DNA of 64,000 bases from an uncultured Anaerolineales bacterium (GCA_964618295.1 CAZTWV010000014.1:1288-65287), one strand, 5' to 3'; positions 28,607-39,452 are shown, numbered from the stretch's first letter. Program-made: numbers and translations. The notes: generated by a model not told the origin, from the sequence alone.

Positions 28607-29230
28607 ATGGCATTCATAACTTATTTGTTTGAGGCAGTCTTGATTTCCCTTTCCGGTGTTTTAGCACCGGGACCGATTACCTCGGTGACAATAGGCTACG
28701 GCAGTAAAAATCCCCGGGCTGGAGCCTGGGTGGCAGTCGGCCACGGACTGGTGGAGTTTCCGGTGATCGCCGCGGTCTCCTTCGGGGTGGGAGCGGTGGT
28801 GGAAATTCCCTGGGTAAAAATTGCCATCTCGCTGATCGGTGGGGCATTCCTGATTTGGATGGGGATAGGAATGCTGCGGAATATCCGGACGGAAGCTGTA
28901 GAAGGGGAAATGCATTCCGGATCTCCGCTGCTGGCCGGGGCGCTGCTGAGTATTGGCAGCCCCTACTTCTTGATCTGGTGGGCTACGGTTGGCGCCGGTT
29001 TGATACTGCGTGGGATGGAGTTTGGACCCCTGGCAGTGGCGGCTTTTGCAGCAGGGCACTGGCTCTGTGACCTGGGCTGGGACAGCTTTCTGGCAGGGCT
29101 TTCCTTCCGGGGCGGACAATTTTTCGGGAAGCGTTTTCAGCAGGTGGTGTTTGCTCTAACCGGTGGATTTTTGCTTTATTATGCAATCCGATTAATCATC
29201 CAGGGTTTTGGCGCTCTATTGGGTCTATAA
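28607..29230 (+). CDS. LysE/RhtB-family amino-acid exporter
   Basis: 207 aa with about 6 TM helices. The N-terminal LISLSGVLAPGPITSVTIGYG matches the LysE-family PGP motif. Confidence 0.75.
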   Translation: MAFITYLFEAVLISLSGVLAPGPITSVTIGYGSKNPRAGAWVAVGHGLVEFPVIAAVSFGVGAVVEIPWVKIAISLIGGAFLIWMGIGMLRNIRTEAVEGEMHSGSPLLAGALLSIGSPYFLIWWATVGAGLILRGMEFGPLAVAAFAAGHWLCDLGWDSFLAGLSFRGGQFFGKRFQQVVFALTGGFLLYYAIRLIIQGFGALLGL

Positions 29231-29298
29231 ACCTTCTCTTCCTGACTCAAAAAGCAGTTATAATACGGGACTTAGATTAACTATTTATTGGAGTTTAC

Positions 29299-30495
29299 AT
29301 GTCCCATCCCTCATCAGAATCAAGATCCCGACCTGAAACCGGCTTGGCCGTCCAGCTGGGCGCTATCACCTTTACTAGAACTGTAGTGTACACCGGACTG
29401 CGGATGGTTTTCCCCTTCCTCCCGGTCCTGGCCCGCGGGATGGGGGTCACCCTGCAAACCGCGGCCCTGGCAGTTACCATCCGCTCGGTAATGGGCATGC
29501 TCAGCCCGGTGCTGGGAGCGCTGGGAGATGTCCGGGGCCGGAAATGGGCCCAGCGTTTGGGTTTGGGATTGATCGGTGTCGGGACCCTGCTGCCGGGTTT
29601 GTGGCAAACTTACGCGGCTTTTTTGATTGGCAATCTGTTATTTGGACTGGGAATTGTGGTCTTTGATCCGGCTATCCAGGCCTATGTCGGGGACCGGGTG
29701 CCGTATGAGCGCCGGGCAACTGCGATTGCGGTCATCGAACTGGGATGGTCGCTCAGTTTTTTGATCGGAATTCCAATCGTGGGCCGGGTGATCAGCGAGG
29801 ATAACTGGGGCATCCCCTACTTTTGGGTCGGAATCCTGGTGCTGGCCTGTTTGCTGCTGATCCACTGGACCTTACCGGAAAGCAATCCGCCTTCTGCAGA
29901 AAAGGAACGTCCGGATTTGCTCTCCGGTTTAATTGAAGTCATCCGGGATCGACCTTCGATGGCAGCGGTGGGTTCAAGCCTGCTGATGCTGATCGGCGGT
30001 CGGGGGTTGATGATCGTCTATGGCGCCTGGTTTGAAGATGTGTTCCGGATGAACGAACAGATGCTGGGTGATGTCTCAACTTCCATCGGGGCAGCCGGAA
30101 TTGCCGGGTTGGTACTGGTCGGTTTGCTGACTGACCGTGTGGGAAAGAAACCATCCCTAATTCTGGGCCTGGGAGCCAGTGCTCTAGCGGCTGTCGGACT
30201 CCCTTTCCTGAAAGACAACCTGACTTTAACAGTATCTTCGCTCTTTCTGCACTATATGGCTTTTGAATTTGCACTGGTGACCGGAATTTCACTGGTCAGT
30301 GAACTGCGGCCGGAGACCCGGGCTACATTAATTGCGTTTAACGCTGCCGCGGTATCTGCCGGGGATGCTGTGGGATCGTTTATCGGACCCCGGGTCTACC
30401 AGGGAGCGATCGGACCCAATGTCGCCCTGGTGGTGGGATCGAATCTGGCAGCGGTTCTGCTGCTGTTATTTTTTGTCCAGGAAAGAAGCCCATAA
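29299..30495 (+). CDS. MFS transporter
   Basis: 398 aa with about 12 TM helices. The loop 2-3 motif GALGDVRGRK (MFS signature G-x-L-x-D-R-x-G-R-K) is present. Confidence 0.8.
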   Translation: MSHPSSESRSRPETGLAVQLGAITFTRTVVYTGLRMVFPFLPVLARGMGVTLQTAALAVTIRSVMGMLSPVLGALGDVRGRKWAQRLGLGLIGVGTLLPGLWQTYAAFLIGNLLFGLGIVVFDPAIQAYVGDRVPYERRATAIAVIELGWSLSFLIGIPIVGRVISEDNWGIPYFWVGILVLACLLLIHWTLPESNPPSAEKERPDLLSGLIEVIRDRPSMAAVGSSLLMLIGGRGLMIVYGAWFEDVFRMNEQMLGDVSTSIGAAGIAGLVLVGLLTDRVGKKPSLILGLGASALAAVGLPFLKDNLTLTVSSLFLHYMAFEFALVTGISLVSELRPETRATLIAFNAAAVSAGDAVGSFIGPRVYQGAIGPNVALVVGSNLAAVLLLLFFVQERSP

Positions 30496-30681
30496 TTCAG
30501 AAAATGTGAGATGTAGATTGTGAGCCGACAACCTTCGTGATTTTCCCAAAAAAATTTATATTTCCCGGAGTGTGTGATTCCATCTGCTTGAAACAGAAAG
30601 CGCCATCCAAAAAGGATGACGCTTCACTTCGAAAAAGTAGCTTCCGGAGTCACGCGGACCTCGGAATTTTTTTTATTGTTT

Positions 30682-33600
30682 TCAGGCAGGCAGCAGGTAA
30701 TCGTACTGATCGCGTACGGCCAGCATGATCTCAAACAGGCCCTGGAGCTCACCATCCACGATCAGCTCCGGGTCGGCCGGGACCACTTTCCCGTTACTGC
30801 AGCTCAGGTCCAGGATTTCACCCTGGTAGCGCATCTTCAAACCATGGTCTCCGACCGGCAGGTAGCCCTCATTTTCACTTTCCAGGAAGGCTTCTTCTTC
30901 CCAGAACAGCGTGAACTTATCCTTGTAGGGAGCTGCCTGGTAGGGGCAGAAGGTTTCACAGTTGCCGCACTCGTTGCACAGCGCATCCAGGTGCAGGATC
31001 TGATTTTCCTTTTCCAGCCCGTTGCCGACCTTGACCGCGATATTGGCCCGGTTGGGGCAGACGCTGACGCATTTGTTGCACAGGAAATTGCACTCCAGGC
31101 AGCGTTCCGTCTCTGCCTGATATTCCTCTTCAAACACATCCGCTTCCAGCTGGGGGACCAGGACTGCCTTGCGGGCTTCCACTTCATCGCGGCGGGTGTC
31201 TGCGGCAAATTCAATCACCGGCAGGGTCAGTAAACGTTCCTCAACCCGCTCCCGGCGCAGAATCCCGTCAGCGGTTTTCCGGGCATCTGCGATGCCTTCC
31301 ACCACGGTCGCCGGACCCCGGTAGGCGTCCCCGGCGATAAAGACATTATCCACGCTGGTCTCGTTGAATTCATCCACCAGGATGTTGCCGCGATCATCGA
31401 CAGCGATCCCGTTATCCGTCAGCAGATCATATTCGACCAGCTCGCCGATCGCAGTCAGAACTGTATTGGCCGGGAAGGAAACGGTTTGACCTTCGACCGG
31501 CACAGGACGCCGCCTTCCGCTGGCATCCAGCTCGCCCAGCTCCATCACCTGACAGGTCAGGATCCCGTTTTCGAGGGATATCGGGTTGACCAGCTCCTGG
31601 AAAATCACCCCGTCTTTCATCGCATTTTCTAATTCTTCCCGGTCGGCCGGCATCTGCTTGATGGTCCGGCGGTAAAGAATCGAGACCGATTCAACGCCGG
31701 AAACCCGTTTGGCTGCCCGGGCGCTGTCCATGGCGCTGTTGCCGCCTCCGATCACCACCACATTGGCACCGAGTTCCAGGGAATCAGGATCTTTCTTGAA
31801 TGTGTGCAGGAAATCAATCGCGCCGCGCACCTTGTCCTGGTCTCCTTCCACTGGAAGCATCCGTGATTTCCAGGCACCAATTGCGATCACAATATAATCA
31901 AAACCGGCAGCTTTCAAGGCAGTGATATCCAGTTCAGGATCGCAGTTCATTTCAAACTGGACCCCGACCCGGCGTGCCAGCTCGACATCTTTTTCAACTG
32001 TTCCTTCCGGATAGCGGAAGTCGGGGATGCCGTGAGCCACCATCCCTCCCGGGCGGTCCATCTTGTCAAAGACCGTGACCTGGAAACCTTCCCGAGCTAA
32101 GAAGTATCCGGCAGAAATTCCGGCCGGTCCGGCGCCGATCACAGCGACCTGCTTCTCGCGCTGGATTTCGGGCGGCTGAATGGTGTCAATTACCTCGTCA
32201 TACCCTTTCTCGGCCGCAATGTGCTTCAGGTCCCGGATCTGAACCGGGGCTTCATAATCGTTGCGGACGCATTTCAGCTGGCAGTTGTGATCGCAGATAT
32301 AACCTGTAATGAAAGGCAGCGGATTCTTGGCAGTGATCAACCGGTATGCATCTGCATAGCGCTCTTCACCGATCAAGCGGATGTATTCCGGAATGTCCTG
32401 ATGAATCGGGCAGCCTACCGTGCAGGGTGCCAGGAAGCAGTCCAGCAGCGGTAAACTTTGATCGGTTTTCATCGGGGCGGGGGGTTTTCCTTCATACGCA
32501 TAGCGTGGATCTCGCAGTGATTGTTCTGCTGTCCGGGCCAGGGAATCCAAGTTGACCTGGTCGCTGTGCAGGGATTCCAGCTCATCTTCCAGGATCTGTG
32601 CCAGCTGGGTCATCCGGGCGTAGCCGCCTGGTTTCAGCAGGTAGGTCGCCATCGTGATTGGTTTCAGGCCAGCCTGGAGCAGATCCGTGATGTTGAAAAC
32701 ATCCGCACCCCCGGAGTAGGAAATGGTCAGCTCCCCGTTGAATTCCCGGGACAGCTTTTCGGCCAGGTTAACAGTCAATGGATAAAGGGCCCGCCCGCTC
32801 ATGTACATTTCATCGCAGGGCAGCGTTCCCTGGTCATTGACCACAGCCAGGGTGTTGGAAAGCTTGACGCCAAATTCCACCCCGGTTTTATCCGCGTGGT
32901 CCAGCAGATTGTGAAGCATCTCTACCGCTGCCGGGTACTGCATATCATGTGTAAAGCTTTCCTCCCGGAGGTGGATATGTTCGTATCCCAGGTCGTCAAA
33001 GACACCCTGGACATATTCATAGCCGTGCAGGGTGGGGTTGAGCTTGACATAAGTGTGAAGCCCTTTTTCTGCCATCAGGTATTTGCAGATTTCTTCCTGA
33101 TCCTCGGGCGGCGTGCCGTGCATGGTGGAGAGCGTTACGGAGTGTGAAATTGAACTGGATATTTGTTCCACAAAATCAGCGCTGGTAATTCCCGGAAGAT
33201 CTCCGGCTTCCACTGCTTCCCGCAGCAAGCGCTGACATTCCTGGAAGATCGGTTCTTGGGAGCCATCTTTCAGTCCCTCGATGAAATTGTCTATCTTGGG
33301 GGATTTGATGCCCTCGAGGTCATATCCCACGCTCATGTTGAAGACAAAAGCCCGGTTTTTAAGCTTCGATAGACCAAACATTTCCTGCAGAGTGTGGATC
33401 AGGAACCAGGCTTTGATATATTCATCATAGGCCTGGGGAACGGTCAGCTCGGTGGACCATTCGGTGTTGTAGGTTTCACGCTCGGCATCGATGCAGGGCT
33501 TTTCAATCTCCAGTTCATCCATAATCTGGACGGTTTTGAGCTCGAAAAAACGCCCGCCGGTCAGATAAGCGGCAGCCAGGTTCTGGGCCACCTGGGTGTG

Positions 33601-33783
33601 GGGACCGGCTGCGGGACCGATCGGTGTTTCACAGGTTTCCCCGAAGACGGTCATGGCTGCGGTGTCATTTTTATAATAGAATTTTTCTTCCGGGATCCCG
33701 AAAATGGATCCTTCGGATTGGAATTCAGCGACCATCCAGGTCAATAATTGCTGGAAAGGGATCGGGATCATCACATCACTCAT
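30682..33783 (-). CDS. ygfK: YgfK-like multidomain Fe-S flavoprotein (DPD-like TIM barrel + GltD-like FAD/NAD(P) oxidoreductase + 2x[4Fe-4S] ferredoxin)
   Basis: Collinear with E. coli YgfK as I recall it (IPFQQLLTWM..SIFGIPEEKFYY..VFGETCETPIGPAAGPHTQVAQN..GGRFFELKTVQ). Dinucleotide loops VAVIGAGPAGISAGYFLA and VVVIGGGNSAMD are present. The C-terminus has CLECNFLCNKCVSVCPNRA and CNECGNCETFCP. ATG at 33783 after aggag. Confidence 0.8.
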   Translation of the reverse strand: MSDVMIPIPFQQLLTWMVAEFQSEGSIFGIPEEKFYYKNDTAAMTVFGETCETPIGPAAGPHTQVAQNLAAAYLTGGRFFELKTVQIMDELEIEKPCIDAERETYNTEWSTELTVPQAYDEYIKAWFLIHTLQEMFGLSKLKNRAFVFNMSVGYDLEGIKSPKIDNFIEGLKDGSQEPIFQECQRLLREAVEAGDLPGITSADFVEQISSSISHSVTLSTMHGTPPEDQEEICKYLMAEKGLHTYVKLNPTLHGYEYVQGVFDDLGYEHIHLREESFTHDMQYPAAVEMLHNLLDHADKTGVEFGVKLSNTLAVVNDQGTLPCDEMYMSGRALYPLTVNLAEKLSREFNGELTISYSGGADVFNITDLLQAGLKPITMATYLLKPGGYARMTQLAQILEDELESLHSDQVNLDSLARTAEQSLRDPRYAYEGKPPAPMKTDQSLPLLDCFLAPCTVGCPIHQDIPEYIRLIGEERYADAYRLITAKNPLPFITGYICDHNCQLKCVRNDYEAPVQIRDLKHIAAEKGYDEVIDTIQPPEIQREKQVAVIGAGPAGISAGYFLAREGFQVTVFDKMDRPGGMVAHGIPDFRYPEGTVEKDVELARRVGVQFEMNCDPELDITALKAAGFDYIVIAIGAWKSRMLPVEGDQDKVRGAIDFLHTFKKDPDSLELGANVVVIGGGNSAMDSARAAKRVSGVESVSILYRRTIKQMPADREELENAMKDGVIFQELVNPISLENGILTCQVMELGELDASGRRRPVPVEGQTVSFPANTVLTAIGELVEYDLLTDNGIAVDDRGNILVDEFNETSVDNVFIAGDAYRGPATVVEGIADARKTADGILRRERVEERLLTLPVIEFAADTRRDEVEARKAVLVPQLEADVFEEEYQAETERCLECNFLCNKCVSVCPNRANIAVKVGNGLEKENQILHLDALCNECGNCETFCPYQAAPYKDKFTLFWEEEAFLESENEGYLPVGDHGLKMRYQGEILDLSCSNGKVVPADPELIVDGELQGLFEIMLAVRDQYDYLLPA

Positions 33784-34256
33784 AATTCTGCTCCTGCCAG
33801 GCTGCACCGGCTTAATGGTAAGAATAAAGTACTGGAATTTTATTGTAGCTAAATTTGTCTGACATTTGCAGTGATACTTGTCTTAAATTGGCTGCGGGCT
33901 GCAGGAAAAATCGGCTCCAGACACCTGAACATGATGGAATCCAGGGTCAGGTACGCTAAGCCCTGTTCTTTATTTCAAACGGATGAAGGGATTTTTTTGG
34001 GGGAGAGCAGAGTTCAACAGGCGATCACTGAAAATCAAGAACCCCTGAATTCAAATCTGAAAACTTGAAATTAGCCAAGATGTAAGGTGTTCGAGCGGTA
34101 ATCGGAATAAAAAATAAGTAAAAAATCAAAATTGATAGGTAAACCTTCTGGTATGTGAATATAATCAAAGATGAAAAATCAAGTCCTCTTTTGCATTTCA
34201 GCGGGAACTATCTGGAAGATTAAGCCGGCCTGCATCTGTTTCGGGAGAAAAAAAAG

Positions 34257-36533
34257 TTGAAGGAGTTTACTGTTGGAAAGCAAATTGAGAAGATCCGGGC
34301 CCGGGCCCGGGTATTCCCGTACTGTACGCTGATATTGATTGTGTACAGCGGTTTACTGGCGGGAACAGCCGGGCTGATTGTCCGGTTTTCTCTCCCTGAC
34401 AGCATTTTACTGGTTTTTATCATCCCCTGCATTTTGGGAAGCCTGGTGTTTTTGAGAAGGCTCTATCTCACCCAGCAGCTGCTGCTGGCAGCGAGTGCTG
34501 TCTGGGTGACCTCCCAGGTTTCAGAAAGCTTTCGGACCTCCTTGATCACTATCGGGGTCTTGATGGTAAGTTTGCTGCTGCTGACCGAGCTGCTCCATGC
34601 CCTGGCGGAAAACTATGTCAACCAGAGTATTGGGCTGAGAAAGAGCGAAAAACGCTATCGGGAATTGTTTGAAAACGTTCCTCTGGGTTTGTACAGCACA
34701 ACACCGGATGGAAAGATTACAGATGCGAATCCGGCTCTGATTGAGATCCTGGGTTATCCTGATCTGGAAACCCTGCTGAGTACAGAGGCATTGGAACTCT
34801 TTCTGGATCCAGCAGATGAAGAAAAATGGAGTGAGATGATGACCCGGCATAATATTGTCCGGGATTTCGAAATCAGGTTTAAGCGCTATGATGGGACCCC
34901 GATCTGGGTTAAGGATGATACTCAATCGGTCTTTGATGAGGATGGTAAACTGATTGCTTATCAAGGAAGTCTGGAAGATATCTCAATCCGAAAAGAAGCT
35001 GAGTCCCGGATTGCATTTCAATCCCGCCTGCTGGATCAAATTCAGGACAAAGTGACCGCCACGGATATTAAAGGGAAAATTACTTATGTTAATCAATCCG
35101 CAGTACGTGACCTGAAGTTAGCCAGGGATGAGATTATCGGAAAAAATGTGAGTATTCTGGGAGAAGATCCCCAGCATGGAGCAACTCAGGAAGAGATTGT
35201 CAGCACCACACTGCAGGAAGGTTCCTGGCGCGGGGAGGTGGTCAACTTCAGCAGCAGCGGTGAAAGAGTTGTCCTGGACAGTCGTACTCAGCTGATTCAA
35301 ACCGAAGAAGGAGACCCGGTGGGAATGTTAGGAATCAGCACCGATATTTCCGAACGGATCAAAGTGGAGGAAGAACTCCGATCTCAGAAAGAGCGATTGA
35401 GCTCTATTCTGGAAGGAACCAATGTGGGAACCTGGGAGTGGAATGTCCAAACCGGCGAAGTCATCTTCAATGAGAAATGGGCTGAGATGATTGGCTACAC
35501 CCTGGATGAGCTGGAGCCCATCAGTATTGAGACCTGGCAGCGGTTTGCTCATCCTGATGATTTAGATCGCAGCGCTGAACAGCTGGAACTGCATTTCCAG
35601 GGAGAAAAGGACAGCTATGAGTTCGAGGCCCGGATGCATCATAAAGCAGGTCATTGGGTCTGGGTCCAGGATCGAGGAAAAGTAATTGAATGGGCTGAAG
35701 ACGGTCAACCGCTCTGGATGTATGGAACGCATACTGATATCACGGATAAAAAGCGGGCTGAGGAGCGCTTGAGAAATTACTCCGATCTTCTGGAGCAGAG
35801 AGTCCAGGAGCGAACCCGTGAGCTGCGGAAAGCCCAGGAGAAGATTGTCAGGCAGGAGAAATTGGCAGTGATGGGTGAGCTGGCGGGAAGCGTGGCCCAT
35901 GAGCTCCGCAATCCGCTGGGCGTGATCAGCAACGCAGTCTATTTCCTGCAGATGAACAACGAGGTGTCATCGGAGAAGCTGGCGGAATACTTGATTTTGA
36001 TCTCAGAGGGAACCCAGACGGCGGATAAAATCATTACTGAACTCCTGGATTTTGCCCGGGCCAGACCGCTCCAGCGGACCAAAGTGGAGCTCCCGATTTT
36101 AATCAAAAATTTTTTAGAGGAGCATCCCCCTCCCGAAAATATCCGGGTTGAGTTAGACTTTTCGGCTGGAATACCGCCGGTGCATATTGATCCGATCCAG
36201 ATCAGGCAGGTGCTGTCCAATCTGGTTACCAATGCTTTCCAGGCCATGCCTGATGGTGGACTGCTGAAAATTTTTTGCACCACAGAGGGAAACGCTCCCG
36301 CTGAGTGGATTCAAATCACCGTGGAGGATAACGGTGGAGGCATTGCTGCTGGAGACCTTGAACAAATATTTGAGCCGCTGTTTACCACCAAATCCCGGGG
36401 GATAGGGCTGGGATTGGCAATCTCCAGAAAGCTGGTTGAAGCCAATCAGGGGCAGATTACTGTCCAGAGTGAGGAAGGAAAATGGGCCCGTTTTACCATC
36501 TCTCTGCCAGTGGTAGATGAAGATCAGGGGTAA
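34257..36533 (+). CDS. multi-PAS sensor histidine kinase
   Basis: N-terminal TM segments are followed by three PAS-like modules. HisKA H-box AGSVAHELRNPLGVI is present. HATPase N, G1 and G2 boxes are present (NLVTNAFQAM, VEDNGGGI, GIGLGLAISRKLV). Confidence 0.88.
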   Translation: MKEFTVGKQIEKIRARARVFPYCTLILIVYSGLLAGTAGLIVRFSLPDSILLVFIIPCILGSLVFLRRLYLTQQLLLAASAVWVTSQVSESFRTSLITIGVLMVSLLLLTELLHALAENYVNQSIGLRKSEKRYRELFENVPLGLYSTTPDGKITDANPALIEILGYPDLETLLSTEALELFLDPADEEKWSEMMTRHNIVRDFEIRFKRYDGTPIWVKDDTQSVFDEDGKLIAYQGSLEDISIRKEAESRIAFQSRLLDQIQDKVTATDIKGKITYVNQSAVRDLKLARDEIIGKNVSILGEDPQHGATQEEIVSTTLQEGSWRGEVVNFSSSGERVVLDSRTQLIQTEEGDPVGMLGISTDISERIKVEEELRSQKERLSSILEGTNVGTWEWNVQTGEVIFNEKWAEMIGYTLDELEPISIETWQRFAHPDDLDRSAEQLELHFQGEKDSYEFEARMHHKAGHWVWVQDRGKVIEWAEDGQPLWMYGTHTDITDKKRAEERLRNYSDLLEQRVQERTRELRKAQEKIVRQEKLAVMGELAGSVAHELRNPLGVISNAVYFLQMNNEVSSEKLAEYLILISEGTQTADKIITELLDFARARPLQRTKVELPILIKNFLEEHPPPENIRVELDFSAGIPPVHIDPIQIRQVLSNLVTNAFQAMPDGGLLKIFCTTEGNAPAEWIQITVEDNGGGIAAGDLEQIFEPLFTTKSRGIGLGLAISRKLVEANQGQITVQSEEGKWARFTISLPVVDEDQG

Positions 36534-36539
36534 AGTAAG

Positions 36540-37955
36540 ATGAAAATCAGATCGATGATTGAAAAACTGCGCACCAACTGGGAGGCAGTTCCGGACCTCC
36601 AAACAGCAAGAGAGAGCCTGCTGCAGAGCCTGATGGTGATTTTTTCAGTACTGGGAGCCCCGGTTTTGGTGGTGGGTACGATGGAAGCTGTTTCGCAGGG
36701 CCATCCGTTCAGCGGGGTGCTGTACGGGGTTTTGTACTTCCCGGTACTGCTGGCAACTCTTTTTTCAAAATCTCTCACATATCACTGGCAGCTCAGGTTC
36801 CTGATGGGAGCGCTGTATGCGCTGGGTTTTTCAAATCTGATCGTATACGGGTTCAATGGTGCCGGGATCCATATTCTGCTGACCGGGTGCCTGCTGGCTA
36901 CGGTTCTCCAGGGTGGTTGGGCTGGTTTGATTACGGTGGGATTGTCCCTGATGGCAATTCTCACAGCCGGTACAGCTTACAGCCTGGATTGGGTCAGTGT
37001 CAGTCCTGCATTTTATAAAATCTCAGAGTCCCCGGTCGCTTGGGGAACTGCCCTGGTGACCTTTTTGATGCTCTCGCTGGTGATGGTGGTAACTGCCCAT
37101 TTGCTCCAGAAGTTCCTGGAAAACTCCCTGGAGGATTTGCATTTGCATCAAACCCAGCTGGAGTCCCTGGTGGAAGAACGCACGGAGGAGCTCCAGCAGG
37201 TTCAGCAGCAAGCTCTGCGGAAGGAGCGGTTGGCTGTTCTTGGACAGCTGGCCGGAGGGGTCGCTCATGAACTCCGCAATCCATTGGGGGTGATCTCGAA
37301 TGCGGTATATTATTTACAGGAGAAGCAGGAACTGAGCCCGGAAGACCTCGATGATTATTTAGGAATCCTGGATGCTGAAACCCGGAATGCGACGAAAATT
37401 ATCTCAGATCTGCTGAGCTTCTCCCGGCAGCCTAACTGCCAGCTGTCTGAAGTGGACCCACGGCAAGCCGCAGAAATCGTATTGGATCGTGTTCCTCCCC
37501 CTGATGAAATTGACCTGGAACTGCGGGTGGAACCAGATCTTCCAGCCGTTCTGGTGGACCCTGACCATCTGCAGCAAATGCTTTTGAATTTATTATCCAA
37601 TGCTTACGAAGCCCTGCCAGAGGGCGGTCAGGTGGAAGTCCGGATCAGCCGGGTCGATTCAACGGAAATTGAACACCTCTGGAATGAGGGCAGCAGTCCG
37701 AAAGCAGATTCCTGGATCAGGATCTCGGTTCACGACAGCGGAATAGGTATTCCGGAAGAGAATCTCCCGCAGTTGTTTGAGCCCTTGTTTACTACCAAAG
37801 CCCGGGGGATCGGCCTGGGTTTATCTGTAACTCACCGGCTGGTTAAGGTTAATGGGGGTAGAATATCTGTGGATCAGCCTTCCCGGCAAGGAAGCCGGTT
37901 TAATCTCTATCTGCAAGCTGATGAAAATGGATCACTGCAGAGCATAAGTGTGTGA
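36540..37955 (+). CDS. membrane sensor histidine kinase
   Basis: Polytopic N-terminus, H-box AGGVAHELRNPLGVI, and an ATPase domain (NLLSNAYEAL, VHDSGIGI, GIGLGLSVTHRLV). Confidence 0.88.
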   Translation: MKIRSMIEKLRTNWEAVPDLQTARESLLQSLMVIFSVLGAPVLVVGTMEAVSQGHPFSGVLYGVLYFPVLLATLFSKSLTYHWQLRFLMGALYALGFSNLIVYGFNGAGIHILLTGCLLATVLQGGWAGLITVGLSLMAILTAGTAYSLDWVSVSPAFYKISESPVAWGTALVTFLMLSLVMVVTAHLLQKFLENSLEDLHLHQTQLESLVEERTEELQQVQQQALRKERLAVLGQLAGGVAHELRNPLGVISNAVYYLQEKQELSPEDLDDYLGILDAETRNATKIISDLLSFSRQPNCQLSEVDPRQAAEIVLDRVPPPDEIDLELRVEPDLPAVLVDPDHLQQMLLNLLSNAYEALPEGGQVEVRISRVDSTEIEHLWNEGSSPKADSWIRISVHDSGIGIPEENLPQLFEPLFTTKARGIGLGLSVTHRLVKVNGGRISVDQPSRQGSRFNLYLQADENGSLQSISV

Positions 37956-37971
37956 GAGAAGAGGGAATGGT

Positions 37972-38337
37972 ATGAAATCGCAGCCAGAACGGATTCTGAT
38001 TGTTGAGGATGACCGCAATATGGCCCGGACCATCCACGATATCCTGACGGATCACGCTTATGAAGTGGACATAGCTTACAGCGGAGATCAGGCTCTGGAG
38101 ATGGTAGGGGAAAATCGTTACTTTTGCCTCTTATCGGATATAAAAATGCCCGGAATGGATGGGGTGGAGCTGTTTCACGCTCTGCAGGAGAGTCATCCCA
38201 ATCTTCCAATTTTACTGATGACCGCTTATGTCCCCAGTGACCTGCTTTCTGACAGTGTGGATGAAGGGGTGGTGGCGGTGCTCACCAAGCCGCTGGAAAT
38301 TGACCTGCTGCTGATGTATTTGAAAGCTCTGAAATGA
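37972..38337 (+). CDS. single-domain response regulator (receiver only)
   Basis: ILIVEDDRN...CLLSDIKMPGMDG...LLMTAYV...LTKP. ATG at 37972 after gaggga. Confidence 0.85.
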   Translation: MKSQPERILIVEDDRNMARTIHDILTDHAYEVDIAYSGDQALEMVGENRYFCLLSDIKMPGMDGVELFHALQESHPNLPILLMTAYVPSDLLSDSVDEGVVAVLTKPLEIDLLLMYLKALK

Positions 38338-38391
38338 TCAATTAGAAGACCTCTCCTGCCGGCAGGATTTTTTCAATTAAGGAGGAATCTG

Positions 38392-39294
38392 ATGTTTGAT
38401 AACCGGGTGAAGTTGATTTTCATGATTGTTGTCCTGGCTGCTTTCAGCCTGGCCTGCTCCTTTTCCGTTGACCTCGGTCAAAAGACTCCGACAGCTGATG
38501 GGGTCGAATCCGGGGATCCCGTTGCCACCGCGGTAGCGGCCACCCTGGCTGCTGCGGGAGGGGAGACACCTATTCCGCCGACAGAAGAGGCCGGACCAAC
38601 CCCGACCTGGACCATCCATCCCACGATCACCGCTTCTCCGGATTACACCTACCAGGGAGTGAGCCTGTACTGGGTGAATCAGATTGCCAATTCGGCTTCA
38701 CCCCAGAACCAGCCCGCCATGGGGGAAGGACCTTTTCCTATGCCGGCCTTTCTGGATATCAATCTCGGTGGATACTCGATGGCGGGAGGATATTTTGAAC
38801 CCACGGTCCGGGTCATATCCGTGGCGGAGTTCAGCAGTGTGAACTCATCTGCTGGTGAGGCGCTGGATGATCTGGAAGCGCTGCTTGCTTCCCAACCGGC
38901 AGATCCGGATACCATTCCGATCCCCGATTTCTGGGGGGCAGCTCAATTTTTAGCCTGCCAGAAGGATTATGTCCGTTTTCAGAACGGAAACGGGATCCGG
39001 TATGTGACCCAGTGGGGCCAGGCTGCCTACCCGGTGGGATTTCCCCAGATGTTTTACAGTTATCAGGGTCTGACCGATGACGGGGCTTATTACCTGCATG
39101 TGTTTTTCTCGGTCGGTCATCCCTCGCTGCCGGATCCGGAGAGCGTGGTCCAGGATCAGGCTTTTTATGATAACTTCCTAAATTACATGGCCCAAGCTGA
39201 AGCCCAGCTCGAGGCGGAGACCCCGGACAGCTTCCAGCCTTCACTTTTTTTCCTGGATAACTTTGTAAGTCAGATCCGGGTTGAAGCACCGTGA
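38392..39294 (+). CDS. lipoprotein / secreted protein of unknown function
   Basis: RBS aaggagg is present. The signal peptide has lipobox AFSLAC. No other motif is recognisable. Confidence 0.55.
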   Translation: MFDNRVKLIFMIVVLAAFSLACSFSVDLGQKTPTADGVESGDPVATAVAATLAAAGGETPIPPTEEAGPTPTWTIHPTITASPDYTYQGVSLYWVNQIANSASPQNQPAMGEGPFPMPAFLDINLGGYSMAGGYFEPTVRVISVAEFSSVNSSAGEALDDLEALLASQPADPDTIPIPDFWGAAQFLACQKDYVRFQNGNGIRYVTQWGQAAYPVGFPQMFYSYQGLTDDGAYYLHVFFSVGHPSLPDPESVVQDQAFYDNFLNYMAQAEAQLEAETPDSFQPSLFFLDNFVSQIRVEAP

Positions 39295-39310
39295 AAGGCT
39301 AGTAAGTTGT

Positions 39311-39360
39311 CAATAGTAAATAGAGAAGCGCGCCGGATGGCGCGCTTCGAGTTTTAATGA
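39311..39360. repeat. dispersed intergenic element: A/T-rich (a)gtaaatag tract + GC hairpin + agttttaatga (also terminator-like)
   Basis: caatagtaaatagagaagcgcgcc-ggat-ggcgcgcttcgagttttaatga. It is related to copies at 46066, 60591, 62760 and 63601. Confidence 0.7.
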
Positions 39361-39452
39361 TTAGAATGTGATGGGGCTTCTTTGCGTTCTTTATGATCTT
39401 ACGTAAATTGTATAAAAATCACATCCTGCGTCCCACTGGTGTGAACGCACAA

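Noticed and set aside
33808-34256. 450-bp AT-richer spacer between ygfK and the PAS kinase, examined for a riboswitch or small RNA.
   Set aside because: I could not recognise any known riboswitch core or a convincing conserved stem architecture by eye. It is left unannotated.
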